A stretch of 64,000 nucleotides of DNA from Patescibacteria group bacterium (GTDB lineage Bacteria > Patescibacteriota > Minisyncoccia > Minisyncoccales > JAHCRE01). The position numbers were made by a program, and so were the translations under genes. This document shows, piece by piece, positions 7,582 to 16,792 of this stretch. Under the pieces are notes generated by a model, which was not told the origin of the DNA, searched no databases, and saw only the letters and a program-made list of their open reading frames with translations. The DNA lies in the NCBI GenBank assembly GCA_020148145.1, contig JAHCRE010000011.1, forward strand, positions 3,360-67,359. Direction: 5' to 3'. How positions within the stretch are numbered: the stretch's first letter is position 1; every line of letters begins with the position of its first letter.

Positions 7582-10500
7582 ATGAAAAAAATAAATAAAT
7601 CAAAAATTATTATCTTAATTTCTTTACTAATTACAGGATTAGTGGTTTTTGCTTTCTCTGCTTTTTCAGTTTTAGCTGAAGAAGGGGAAGGTGAAAATGG
7701 TGGTATCCAAATTGAAACAGCTGAACCTTATTGTGGCGATGGTAATGTAGATGAAAGTGAAGAGTGTGACGACGGCGCAAACAACGGCCTTGAATGCCTC
7801 CCTGAATATGGCTCAACTTGTAATTATTGTTCAACAGATTGTCAAACCGTTGAACTTCAGGGTCCCTATTGCGGAGATGGCAATTTAGACGATGGTGAAG
7901 AATGTGACGATGGAAATAATGAAGACGGAGATGATTGTTCAGCTAATTGCCTAACTGAAGAAGTTAGTGAACCAATATGTGGAGATGGAGTTATAGAAGG
8001 AGATGAAGAATGTGACGAAGGAGAAAATAATGGAACAGAGTGCACTCCTGAATATGGTTCAACCTGTAATTATTGTTCAACAGATTGTGGAATCGTCGAG
8101 CTTACAGGCGCTTACTGTGGCGATGGTAATTTAGACGAAGCTGAAGAATGCGATGACGCTAACAATGAAGATGGAGATGGTTGTTCAGCTAATTGTACAA
8201 TTGAAGAAGTTGCGGGCGAAGAAGGCACTGGCGAGGGAGAAAATGAACCACTATGTACCGACGTTGATGAAGACGGTTACGCAGTCGAAGGTGAAGATTG
8301 CGGAGCCATAGATTGTGATGATACTAACCCAGATGTTAATCCAGGTGCTACTGAAACTAGCGACAATCAAATTGATGACAATTGTGACGGCGAAATAGAC
8401 GAAGAAGAGCAAGGAGATTCAACTGACGAAGGAGACGAGGGAGACGAAGTAGACGAAGGAAACGAAGAATGCGAGGAAGAGATAGAGGAGATTATAGAAG
8501 ATTTCGAAGAAGAAAACTGCCAAGAAGAAGATTGTGCGATAGAGCTTGTCGAAAATAATGAGGCAGAAGTAGAAAATGAGATTGTAAATGCAGGGTCAAG
8601 CGGCAGTAATGAGGTTGAAAGTCCTGGCGATGCCATAATCGACACTGGAGATGTAAATTTGGTCGTTGGTTTAGTTAATACTGTAAATTCTAACGTTATT
8701 GGCTTTGATTTTGCTCAATTCTTATTCAACATTTTTTCGCAATTACAAGGAAATATTGATCTATCAGAGGAAATCGGAGAATCTTCTGAAGAAGGTTGTT
8801 CTCCAGATATGGATTGCATGAATATCGTTAGTGATAACGAGGGCTCTATTGAGAACGAAGTTTTAATTGATGCTTCAACTGGTAACAATTCAGCTAGCAG
8901 TAACAGCGGAGATGCGATTATTAACACAGGAGATGCTAATGTTGTTACCAATGTCTTTAATTTTCTCAACAGCAATATTATTGGTTCAAACTGGACCCAG
9001 ATTATTATAAATGTCTTTGATAATTGGATTGGTGATTTAATTTTCCCTGGAAAAGAGGCAATGCAAGATTTTTTAGGACAAGGATCATCGGTCTGCGGAG
9101 GAGATTGCGGAGGAACCAATATAGTTAGTTCGAATGAAGGCCAAATCGAAAACGAAGTTACTGTAGTTGCAGATACCGGTCAAAACACAATCACAAGAGG
9201 CTCTGGTATAATCAATACCGGTCATGCCAATGCCCAAGCCAATGTTTTTAACGTAGCTAATTCTAATATAAATGGTGGAAGCTGGTTCCTTTTAGGAATC
9301 AATGTTTTTGGCAACTGGAAGGGGAATGTATTTAGTTTACCTCCCGGCTTTGGAAATAATGTAAGCTCTAATGGTGTTAAACTTTATAATCTTGGACCCG
9401 AAGATCTCGATAATCCATCAGAGAATAGTTCTTTGAATATCGTTAACGATAATACAGGGACCATTAAAAATAGTGTTCTAGTCAATGTTTCAACTGGTGG
9501 AAACACGGCCAATTCCAATGAAGGCTCAGCTGTGATAAACACTGGAAATGCTAATGTTCTAACTAATCTCACCAATATTTTAAATTCAAATATTACTGGA
9601 GCCAATTGGCTTTTGGGGATGATTAATGTTTTTGGTAACTGGCAAGGGGATTTAGCTTTTGGCCGACCTGACCTTTGGATAGGAATTAGTGCAGAAGCTC
9701 CGAGTAATATGCCAAAAACTGGTGAGCAAATTACATACACCTTGACTTATATTAATAATGGAAATGCTGATGCCACCAATGTTACTATGACTGACGATTA
9801 CAATGAAGAGCATCTTGACGTTAATAATTCTGGTTCAGGTACGGTTATAGATAATCCGGGGGAAGTGTACTGGAACATTGGCACAGTCCCACCAGGTGGT
9901 TCAGGTTCAGTTTCATATACTACGACAGTCAATGGAAATATGCCCCGTGGAACAGGCCTTTATATTACTAACACCGCCCAAATTGACTGTTTTGAAGATG
10001 ATGCAAATTATGCAGATAATATTGATGAGATTTCAATCGGAATAGCTAAAATTTATGAAAATTCTCCCTGTGGCATGTGGCCCTGCCCATCAACACCTGC
10101 TCGACCAAACTTAGAAATTACCAAAACTAATAATGTTGATGATTTTGTTTATGCTGGAAGCGAGGTTGATTATCAGATAGTACTTTACAATGACAGTAGC
10201 GGCCCGGCCTATGATGTAGTTATTGAAGATGTTATAATTATTGACCAAGATTCTTTTGAAGTATTTAATACTCAAAGTTGGGATTTAGGGAAAGTTTTTC
10301 CTTATGAAGAAATAATCATTGACTATACAGTAGCTATTGGCTCTGAAGTCCCGGTTGGTTTTTATAAAAATACTGCTAAAGCTACGGGTACAGACAGCAA
10401 AGAAAATCCTGTTTGGACTTCTGAAGTCTCTACTGTAATTGAGGTAAGGGTAGAAGAAGCCCCTCCTCAGGAAGGAGCTGGAGAGGAATTAGAAGAAGAG

Positions 10501-10923
10501 GAAATAGTAGAAGAGGAAATTTCTCTTGAGGAGATAGAAAATGAACTAAATGGAATAGAGGATAAGATAGAGAAAATAAGGGAAGAAATAGAGAGAAGGA
10601 TAAAAGAAGCTCCCCCTGAGGTTTCGCCTGAGCCCGAAAGCACTCCAATTCATTTCCCAGAAATATTGATACCAGAAGTTTTAGCTCAAGAAGAAGAGCC
10701 CGGCCCATTAGAAGAACCCAAAGAGCCAAAAATTGAGAAAAATGGACTAGAAAAGCTTTTAGAAAAACTTCTGGGTGCAATCAGTAGAATGTCACCTGAA
10801 GATATTCCAATTGGTATTGGCCTCCTTACCCTTTCAATAATTATTTTATTCTTTTTAATGCGAGAACGAAAAAATAAAAAAGGGAAGAGAAAAAAGGGAA
10901 GAAAAAAAGTAAGTAAAACCTAA
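7582..10923 (+). CDS. giant mosaic surface protein (1113 aa)
   Basis: signal peptide; 4x CGDGxxDxxEECDDGxN..C cysteine-rich repeats; CxDxDxDG..DCDD motif; 4x N.G.I.N.V..TG.N..TGDAN..NSNI modules; 2x DUF11-like repeats; acidic coiled coil; C-terminal TM plus K/R tail. Confidence 0.8.
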   Translation: MKKINKSKIIILISLLITGLVVFAFSAFSVLAEEGEGENGGIQIETAEPYCGDGNVDESEECDDGANNGLECLPEYGSTCNYCSTDCQTVELQGPYCGDGNLDDGEECDDGNNEDGDDCSANCLTEEVSEPICGDGVIEGDEECDEGENNGTECTPEYGSTCNYCSTDCGIVELTGAYCGDGNLDEAEECDDANNEDGDGCSANCTIEEVAGEEGTGEGENEPLCTDVDEDGYAVEGEDCGAIDCDDTNPDVNPGATETSDNQIDDNCDGEIDEEEQGDSTDEGDEGDEVDEGNEECEEEIEEIIEDFEEENCQEEDCAIELVENNEAEVENEIVNAGSSGSNEVESPGDAIIDTGDVNLVVGLVNTVNSNVIGFDFAQFLFNIFSQLQGNIDLSEEIGESSEEGCSPDMDCMNIVSDNEGSIENEVLIDASTGNNSASSNSGDAIINTGDANVVTNVFNFLNSNIIGSNWTQIIINVFDNWIGDLIFPGKEAMQDFLGQGSSVCGGDCGGTNIVSSNEGQIENEVTVVADTGQNTITRGSGIINTGHANAQANVFNVANSNINGGSWFLLGINVFGNWKGNVFSLPPGFGNNVSSNGVKLYNLGPEDLDNPSENSSLNIVNDNTGTIKNSVLVNVSTGGNTANSNEGSAVINTGNANVLTNLTNILNSNITGANWLLGMINVFGNWQGDLAFGRPDLWIGISAEAPSNMPKTGEQITYTLTYINNGNADATNVTMTDDYNEEHLDVNNSGSGTVIDNPGEVYWNIGTVPPGGSGSVSYTTTVNGNMPRGTGLYITNTAQIDCFEDDANYADNIDEISIGIAKIYENSPCGMWPCPSTPARPNLEITKTNNVDDFVYAGSEVDYQIVLYNDSSGPAYDVVIEDVIIIDQDSFEVFNTQSWDLGKVFPYEEIIIDYTVAIGSEVPVGFYKNTAKATGTDSKENPVWTSEVSTVIEVRVEEAPPQEGAGEELEEEEIVEEEISLEEIENELNGIEDKIEKIREEIERRIKEAPPEVSPEPESTPIHFPEILIPEVLAQEEEPGPLEEPKEPKIEKNGLEKLLEKLLGAISRMSPEDIPIGIGLLTLSIIILFFLMRERKNKKGKRKKGRKKVSKT

Positions 10924-10950
10924 AACATTTTATCAATTAAGAAATTAAAA

Positions 10951-10982
10951 ACGGCAAGAGAATATCTTCTCGCCGTTTTTTC
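10951..10982 (+). terminator. rho-independent terminator
   Basis: ACGGCAAGAG-AATAT-CTTCTCGCCGT followed by a T-run. Confidence 0.6.
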
Positions 10983-11163
10983 TTGACTAATTTTCAAGAA
11001 ATTGTATCATAATTAAGATGGCCTCAAATTCACTTCTAACCATTAAGAATACTGTTATAGAAAAAGGTGAGTTTTTAATTTAAAAATTCCGCGAGAAGCG
11101 GAATTTTTTGTTCTTAACAATCAAAGGTCGATTTGTCATCGAAAACTAAATTTTATTAAAAAT

Positions 11164-11763
11164 ATGAAGAAAAAGTCAAATGTGGAAAAATTAGCCAACT
11201 TTTTATTAGAATTAAGGGTTTTCAAGTACGCTCCTCGAGCCTCTATTTCTTATTTAAAAGGACCGATAAAAGAAAATGTAGCCGAGCATTGTTTTTTTAC
11301 TACTATGATTGGGTGGGTGTTAGCGAGACTCGAAAAAGCCAATGAAAATAAAGTTATAAAAATGTGCCTTATCCATGATTTAGCCGAAACAAGAGGAGGG
11401 GAGAGAAGTCTCATTAATAAATTTTATAGCCAACCCTTGAATGAGCCAAAAATGATTCAAGAAATATGCCAGGATTGTAGTTTGGAGGATTTTCAATTTA
11501 CTAAGCTTTTTCGAGAATTTTTTGAAGAGAAGACTAAAGAGGCAAAAGTGGCTAAAGACGCTGATATTTTATCCCAAATGATGTGGGAAAAAGAATGCTT
11601 AGATTTAGGAAATCAAAAGGCAAAAAAATGGGTTGATTTCTCTTTAAGCAGGTTAAAAACAAAAAGTGGCAAGAAATTGGGAAGAAAACTCAAAACAGTA
11701 GATAGCGATGAGTGGTGGATGGAAATATTTAAAAAATACATTTTAAAAACAAAATTCCTCTAA
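11164..11763 (+). CDS. HD-domain phosphohydrolase (YfbR-like 5'-nucleotidase family)
   Basis: ENVAEHCF..., LIHDLAETRGGE (H..HD..D pattern). Confidence 0.65.
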   Translation: MKKKSNVEKLANFLLELRVFKYAPRASISYLKGPIKENVAEHCFFTTMIGWVLARLEKANENKVIKMCLIHDLAETRGGERSLINKFYSQPLNEPKMIQEICQDCSLEDFQFTKLFREFFEEKTKEAKVAKDADILSQMMWEKECLDLGNQKAKKWVDFSLSRLKTKSGKKLGRKLKTVDSDEWWMEIFKKYILKTKFL

Positions 11764-11801
11764 ATTGATGGGTGAAGGTAAATTAAATATAAAACTTCCA
11801 A

Positions 11802-11897
11802 AGAGCCCCGCGCCGAAGGCGCGGGCTCTCTTGTTTTTGGGAAGATTGAGTTATAATATAAAATAGTGGTTTGGCCCCGCCCGAGGCGGGCGGGGGA
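11802..11897 (+). repeat. ~95-bp direct repeat, copy 1 (GC hairpin terminator + TATAAT segment + GC hairpin)
   Basis: AGAGCCCCGCGCCGAAGGCGCGGGCTCT..GGGAAGATTGAGTTATAATATAAAATAGTGG..GGCCCCGCCCGAGGCGGGC; copy 2 at 12313-12405. Confidence 0.8.
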
Positions 11898-12037
11898 GAG
11901 AAAAAGTTAAAAAATTGTGTTCAATTCAAATTTTTGGGCAAACTATCTCAAAGATGCAAAACTTGACAGTGATATCTATAAGTTTATTATAAAAATAGAG
12001 AGCACTAAAGTCTAAAATCTAAAATAATTTATAAATT

Positions 12038-12289
12038 ATGCTTACAGAAGAAGATGTCCAAAAAATTATTGAGGCTAATCGGGAAGTTTTCCCTACCAAG
12101 GAAGATTTTGAGAATTTCAAGCAGGAGTTAAGGGAAGGCTTTTCTGATTTACAAACCTCTGTAGATGCTTACGCAAAGAAAGCTGATGACTATTTCAAAG
12201 AAATGGTAGCATTATCACATAAAGTTAACCGTCATGAGAGGTGGATTCAACAAATCGCCGAAAAACTTGGAATAAAGTTAGAATATTAA
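12038..12289 (+). CDS. hypothetical coiled-coil protein (83 aa)
   Basis: ORF flanked by the 95-bp direct repeats. Confidence 0.5.
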   Translation: MLTEEDVQKIIEANREVFPTKEDFENFKQELREGFSDLQTSVDAYAKKADDYFKEMVALSHKVNRHERWIQQIAEKLGIKLEY

Positions 12290-12312
12290 ATTAAATCAAA
12301 TTACCTTTTTTA

Positions 12313-12405
12313 AGAGCCAGCCGAAGGCGCGGGCTCTTTTGTTTTTGGGAAGATTAAGTTATAATATAAAATAGTGGCTTGGCCCCGCCCGAGGCGGGGC
12401 AGGGG
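12313..12405 (+). repeat. ~95-bp direct repeat, copy 2
   Basis: near-identical to 11802-11897. Confidence 0.8.
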
Positions 12406-12467
12406 ATAGAACAGGTCGAACTACCCTCGTTTTCTATGTAACCTTTTTAATTAAAAATTAAAATTTT

Positions 12468-13040
12468 ATGTCGGATGAAAGTTTAGAAAACAAAAAAATT
12501 CTTATTGGAATAAGTGGCGGTATTGCTATGTATAAAATCTGTAGCCTAGTCCGGTTACTTGTAAGAAATAGGGTTCAGGTAAAAGTAGTTATGACGGAAA
12601 ATGCAACGAAATTTATTTCTCCCTTAGTGTTTCAATCTTTGACACAATCTCCTGTATATGTTTCGATGTTTAACCCTATAAGGTTGGGTTTTAATGACTT
12701 AAAACATATAAAATTAGCCAAATGGTTAGATATATTTATATTAGCTCCTGCGACAGCTAACACGATTGGTAAAATAACCAATGGTATTGCAGATAATCTT
12801 TTAACAACAGTTATTTCAGCTTTGCCCGAAAAGATACCTTTAATTGTTATTCCAGCCATGAATGTAAATATGTGGAAAAACGTTTTTGTTCAAGAAAATA
12901 TTAAGAAACTAAGAAAAAGAAACAATTGTTATATCGTTGGACCCATAAAAGGAAGGTTGGCGAGCGGCGAGATAGGAGAAGGAAGAATGGTAGAAATAGA
13001 GGAAATTTTCAAAATTACGAAAAAGCTCCTTTTAAAATAA
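12468..13040 (+). CDS. coaC: phosphopantothenoylcysteine decarboxylase (flavoprotein half of Dfp)
   Basis: ILIGISGGIAMYK.., LAPATANTIGKITNGIADNLLT. Confidence 0.8.
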   Translation: MSDESLENKKILIGISGGIAMYKICSLVRLLVRNRVQVKVVMTENATKFISPLVFQSLTQSPVYVSMFNPIRLGFNDLKHIKLAKWLDIFILAPATANTIGKITNGIADNLLTTVISALPEKIPLIVIPAMNVNMWKNVFVQENIKKLRKRNNCYIVGPIKGRLASGEIGEGRMVEIEEIFKITKKLLLK

Positions 13041-13141
13041 AAAATCTACTTTAAAAGGAAGATATTAAATTTGAATTTAGTTACTAGGGAATAAAGGTTC
13101 TAGTTCTATTTTTACACAAAGAGCTTTAAACTAATCACATT

Positions 13142-13798
13142 ATGCGCCAATTGAAAAACAAAAAAATCCTTATTACCGCTGGGCCGGTATGGGTTCCCAT
13201 AGATAAAATAAGGGTTATTACTAATATTTTTAAGGGTGCTTTAGGTTTGCTAATAGCAAAGGGGGCAATAAAAAGAGGGGCAAGGGTAACTCTTTTATTA
13301 GGGCCTGGATCTCTATGTTTTCCCGAGCGATGTCCTAAAAATTTAAAAGTAATCCGATTTAAATTCTTTACTGAGCTTTATAGATTAATGAGGGATGAAA
13401 TATCTTCTCGAAAATACGATGTTGTGATCCATTCGGCAGCTGTGGCTGATTATATGCCGATAAAATATTATAAAGGTAAGATAAAATCTAGAGAGAATCT
13501 TGTAATAAAGCTAAGACCAACAGAAAAAATAGTAGATCAAATTAAAAAATGGTGCCCAGAAGTGTTTTTAGTAAAATTTAAACTCGAAGTCAACTTAAAT
13601 AAAAAAGAGCTTATCAAACGAGCCTATAAAAGTATGATGGCTTCAAATGCTGATTTAATGGTAGCCAATGATTTTAAAGATATTAGTAAGAAAGACCATA
13701 AGGCTTTTATTATTGATATTAATAAGAATATTATTCCTTGTAATCAAAAAAAAGGAATTGCAAAAAAGCTTTTAAATGTTATCTTCAACAAGATATGA
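13142..13798 (+). CDS. coaB: phosphopantothenate-cysteine ligase
   Basis: ILITAGPVWVPIDKIRVITN.., VIHSAAVADY; adjacent to coaC as a separate gene. Confidence 0.75.
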   Translation: MRQLKNKKILITAGPVWVPIDKIRVITNIFKGALGLLIAKGAIKRGARVTLLLGPGSLCFPERCPKNLKVIRFKFFTELYRLMRDEISSRKYDVVIHSAAVADYMPIKYYKGKIKSRENLVIKLRPTEKIVDQIKKWCPEVFLVKFKLEVNLNKKELIKRAYKSMMASNADLMVANDFKDISKKDHKAFIIDINKNIIPCNQKKGIAKKLLNVIFNKI

Positions 13799-13889
13799 GC
13801 TCTTTCTTCTGACCCGTGCTGATTCATTGGAGCCCTGAAGATATTTCAGAAAAGGTCAAAAAAAAGAGATTATCTAAAAAAGATAATAT

Positions 13890-14693
13890 ATGAATGAGGA
13901 TATTAAATGTTTTCTTAAAGAGACAGAATTTTGTGATTTTGCCCATCCAGATATTCAAGAGATAGCTTATAAGATCACAGATAGCTACACCAATAATAGG
14001 GATAAAGCTGTCAGTTTGTTTTATTGGGTGAGAGACAATATTTTATACCGGGTCGGGAACTGGCAAAAAAAAGCTTCAGAGACTTTAGTAGAGAAAGAAG
14101 GCGCCTGTACTAACAAGGCTAATCTTTTAGTTGCTTTATTACGCGCCAATAATATTCCTGCTGGTTATGGAATAATGAAAGTTGATGGTCAGAGATACTT
14201 TGGTCCTATTGCTATACCAATGTTGAGAAAATTTATAGGTAAAATCTCCACCCATATCTATGTATCGGTTTATCTAAATAATAAATGGATTAAGTGCGAT
14301 CCCTCTGACGATAAAGAGCTTTGTGAAAGTACTTATTATTTTAACCCTCCAAGTAAATTAGTAGAATGGGATGGGATTCAGAATGCGATGTTAAATGTAG
14401 ATGAAAAACATATTTTAAAGGATAGTTGTCCAATAGCCAATATTGACCCCTGGATGCACAAAAGACCCAGACATGCTCGAGGTATTCCTTTAGAAGTAGC
14501 TAATATTTTCATTAGATTTGCCAGAAAGAATAAACAAAAAGTTACTAATACTAAGGATTTAGAAGTTTTATTTAAAAAATGGTTAAGGGTAAATTGTCCC
14601 TTATATTTTTATTCATTTTCTATAATTTCTTGGTATAAAATTTTTAAGTCAAATTCTAAACGGTCTTGTAATGATACTATCGAAAATAATTAG
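13890..14693 (+). CDS. transglutaminase-like domain protein
   Basis: EGACTNKANLLVALLRANNIPAGYG .. THIYVSVY .. CDPSD (Cys-His-Asp core). Confidence 0.7.
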   Translation: MNEDIKCFLKETEFCDFAHPDIQEIAYKITDSYTNNRDKAVSLFYWVRDNILYRVGNWQKKASETLVEKEGACTNKANLLVALLRANNIPAGYGIMKVDGQRYFGPIAIPMLRKFIGKISTHIYVSVYLNNKWIKCDPSDDKELCESTYYFNPPSKLVEWDGIQNAMLNVDEKHILKDSCPIANIDPWMHKRPRHARGIPLEVANIFIRFARKNKQKVTNTKDLEVLFKKWLRVNCPLYFYSFSIISWYKIFKSNSKRSCNDTIENN

Positions 14694-14724
14694 TTCTAAT
14701 TTAAAATAATTTATATTTTTATCA

Positions 14725-16326
14725 ATGTTATACTTTTATGCCATAGGAGTTTTAATAGCTGGAGCTGTAAACACGTTTTTTGGGTGTATGGTTTATTTTA
14801 GAAATAAGAAGGCTTTACCTAATATTCTTTATGGGTTTTTATCTTTAGCTTTTGCTGTTTGGTGTTATGCTTGGGTCGCGATGATGTTATTAGTTAACGA
14901 AAATGTAGGCCTTGCTTACTTCCTTGCTCGTTTACTTAATCTCGGTGCTATCTTTATCCCAATTTTTTATTTTCATTGGGTATTGTCTGTTCTGGGAATT
15001 ACTAAAGAAAAGAAAAAAATTATTATATTGGGGTATGTGGTAACATTTGTATTTACTATCTTTAGCTGGACCTCGTTATATATTAAAGGCGTGCATCCTA
15101 TCTTGTTTTTTCCATATTGGCCTACCGCAGGTTCTTTATATAAGTGGTATTTAATATTTGGATATTTTACTTTTGTGTTTTATGGGTTATACCTTTTATT
15201 AAAATATTTTATTAAAACTACTGGAGATAGAAAAAACCAGATAAAATATGTCATTTTAGGGTCATTAATGGGGTTTGGCGCAGGTGCAGTAAATTTTCCT
15301 TTAATGTATGGCGTTAATCCATTTGGTTATTTTAGTATATTAGGAATATTTATATTTTTAGCTATCTTCATACCATTCCCAATACCTCTTAGTTATGCTG
15401 TGATTAAATATCATCTTATGGACATTAGAGTTATTTTAACCGAACTCTTGGTTGGAGTAATTGCTCTGATCCTATTAGTCCAGGCTTTTGCCGCCGAAAC
15501 TCTCGGGTTGAAGATTTTTGGATTTGTCCTCTTGGGTTTATTTGGTGTTGTGGGTTACTTTTTAATCAAGAGTATTTTAAGGGAAATTGAATTGAGAGCA
15601 CAACTGGAGGTGGCAAATGTTGAGCTTGAGAGATTAGATAAGGCGAGAGCAGAGTTTATTTCTATTGCTTCCCATCAGTTGAGAACTCCTTTAACAGCTA
15701 TCAAAGGTTATATTTCAATGGTTCTTGAGAAAGCCTATGGAAAAATTCCAGGGAAAATTGAAAAGCCTTTAAAAAATGTCTATGAATCAAATAAGAGATT
15801 AACAAGGCTAGTTAATGACTTATTAAGCGTTTCCAGGATTGAATCTGGGAGACTGGAAATGAAATTTGAGAAAGTTTCTTTAGAAGATATAATTTCAAGT
15901 ATAGTTGGAGAATTAAAGACTAAGGCAAAAGAGAAAAAACTTTATTTGAAATGGGAAAAACCAAAAATATCTTTGCCAAAAATTTCAATAGATAGAGATA
16001 AAATCAGGCAGGTTATTCTGAATGTAATTGACAATGCCATTAAGTATACTGAAAAAGGAGGAATAAAAATAAATCTCAAGAGCCAAAACTCAAATCTCAG
16101 GATTACTGTAGAAGATACTGGAGTAGGGTTAACAAAGGAAGAGTCAGAGCTCCTTTTTGAAAGTTTTGTTAGGGGAAAGGCAGGGGTTCAGTTCTGGACA
16201 GGAGGGGCAGGCCTTGGTCTTTATATATCCAAGAAATTTGTTGAAATGCACAAGGGAAAGGTTTGGGTAGAAAGCGAGGGTAAAGGAAAAGGAAGTACAT
16301 TTTATATTGAATTGCCGGTAAGATAG
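14725..16326 (+). CDS. membrane sensor histidine kinase
   Basis: multi-TM N-terminus; H-box FISIASHQLRTPLTAIKGY; N, G1, G2 boxes (NAIKYT, DTGVG, GGAGLGL). Confidence 0.85.
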   Translation: MLYFYAIGVLIAGAVNTFFGCMVYFRNKKALPNILYGFLSLAFAVWCYAWVAMMLLVNENVGLAYFLARLLNLGAIFIPIFYFHWVLSVLGITKEKKKIIILGYVVTFVFTIFSWTSLYIKGVHPILFFPYWPTAGSLYKWYLIFGYFTFVFYGLYLLLKYFIKTTGDRKNQIKYVILGSLMGFGAGAVNFPLMYGVNPFGYFSILGIFIFLAIFIPFPIPLSYAVIKYHLMDIRVILTELLVGVIALILLVQAFAAETLGLKIFGFVLLGLFGVVGYFLIKSILREIELRAQLEVANVELERLDKARAEFISIASHQLRTPLTAIKGYISMVLEKAYGKIPGKIEKPLKNVYESNKRLTRLVNDLLSVSRIESGRLEMKFEKVSLEDIISSIVGELKTKAKEKKLYLKWEKPKISLPKISIDRDKIRQVILNVIDNAIKYTEKGGIKINLKSQNSNLRITVEDTGVGLTKEESELLFESFVRGKAGVQFWTGGAGLGLYISKKFVEMHKGKVWVESEGKGKGSTFYIELPVR

Positions 16327-16399
16327 TTTCTATTTAATAAATTTTAAAAATGGTCAAAATAAAATATAATTAATAAAATATAATTAATAATAAATTAAT

Positions 16400-16765
16400 A
16401 TGAAAAAAATACTTTTAATTGAAGACGAAAAAATTTTAGCCGATATGTACAAAGATAAATTTACTCAGTCAGGCTATAAAATAAGCATTGCTTTTGATGC
16501 CAGGGAAGGTATGAAATTAGCTAAAAAAGAAAAGCCAGATTTAATAATTTTAGACATTTTACTACCCAAGGAAAATGGAGTTTTCTTTCTCGAAAAACTA
16601 AAAGGTGACCCTGAAGTTTCTTCTATTCCAGTTGTTGCCTTTTCGAATTATGATGACCCAGGAACAAAAAAAGAAGCCCTGAGACTTGGGGTTAAAGCCT
16701 ATTTTATCAAAACCAATTTCACCCCTCAGGAATTTGTCGAAAAAATAAAAGAGTATCTCATGTAA
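16400..16765 (+). CDS. single-domain response regulator (receiver only)
   Basis: ILLIEDE.., DLIILDILLP, KAYFIK; 121 aa, no output domain. Confidence 0.85.
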   Translation: MKKILLIEDEKILADMYKDKFTQSGYKISIAFDAREGMKLAKKEKPDLIILDILLPKENGVFFLEKLKGDPEVSSIPVVAFSNYDDPGTKKEALRLGVKAYFIKTNFTPQEFVEKIKEYLM

Positions 16766-16792
16766 ACATCCAAACATATAAACAAAATTAAG

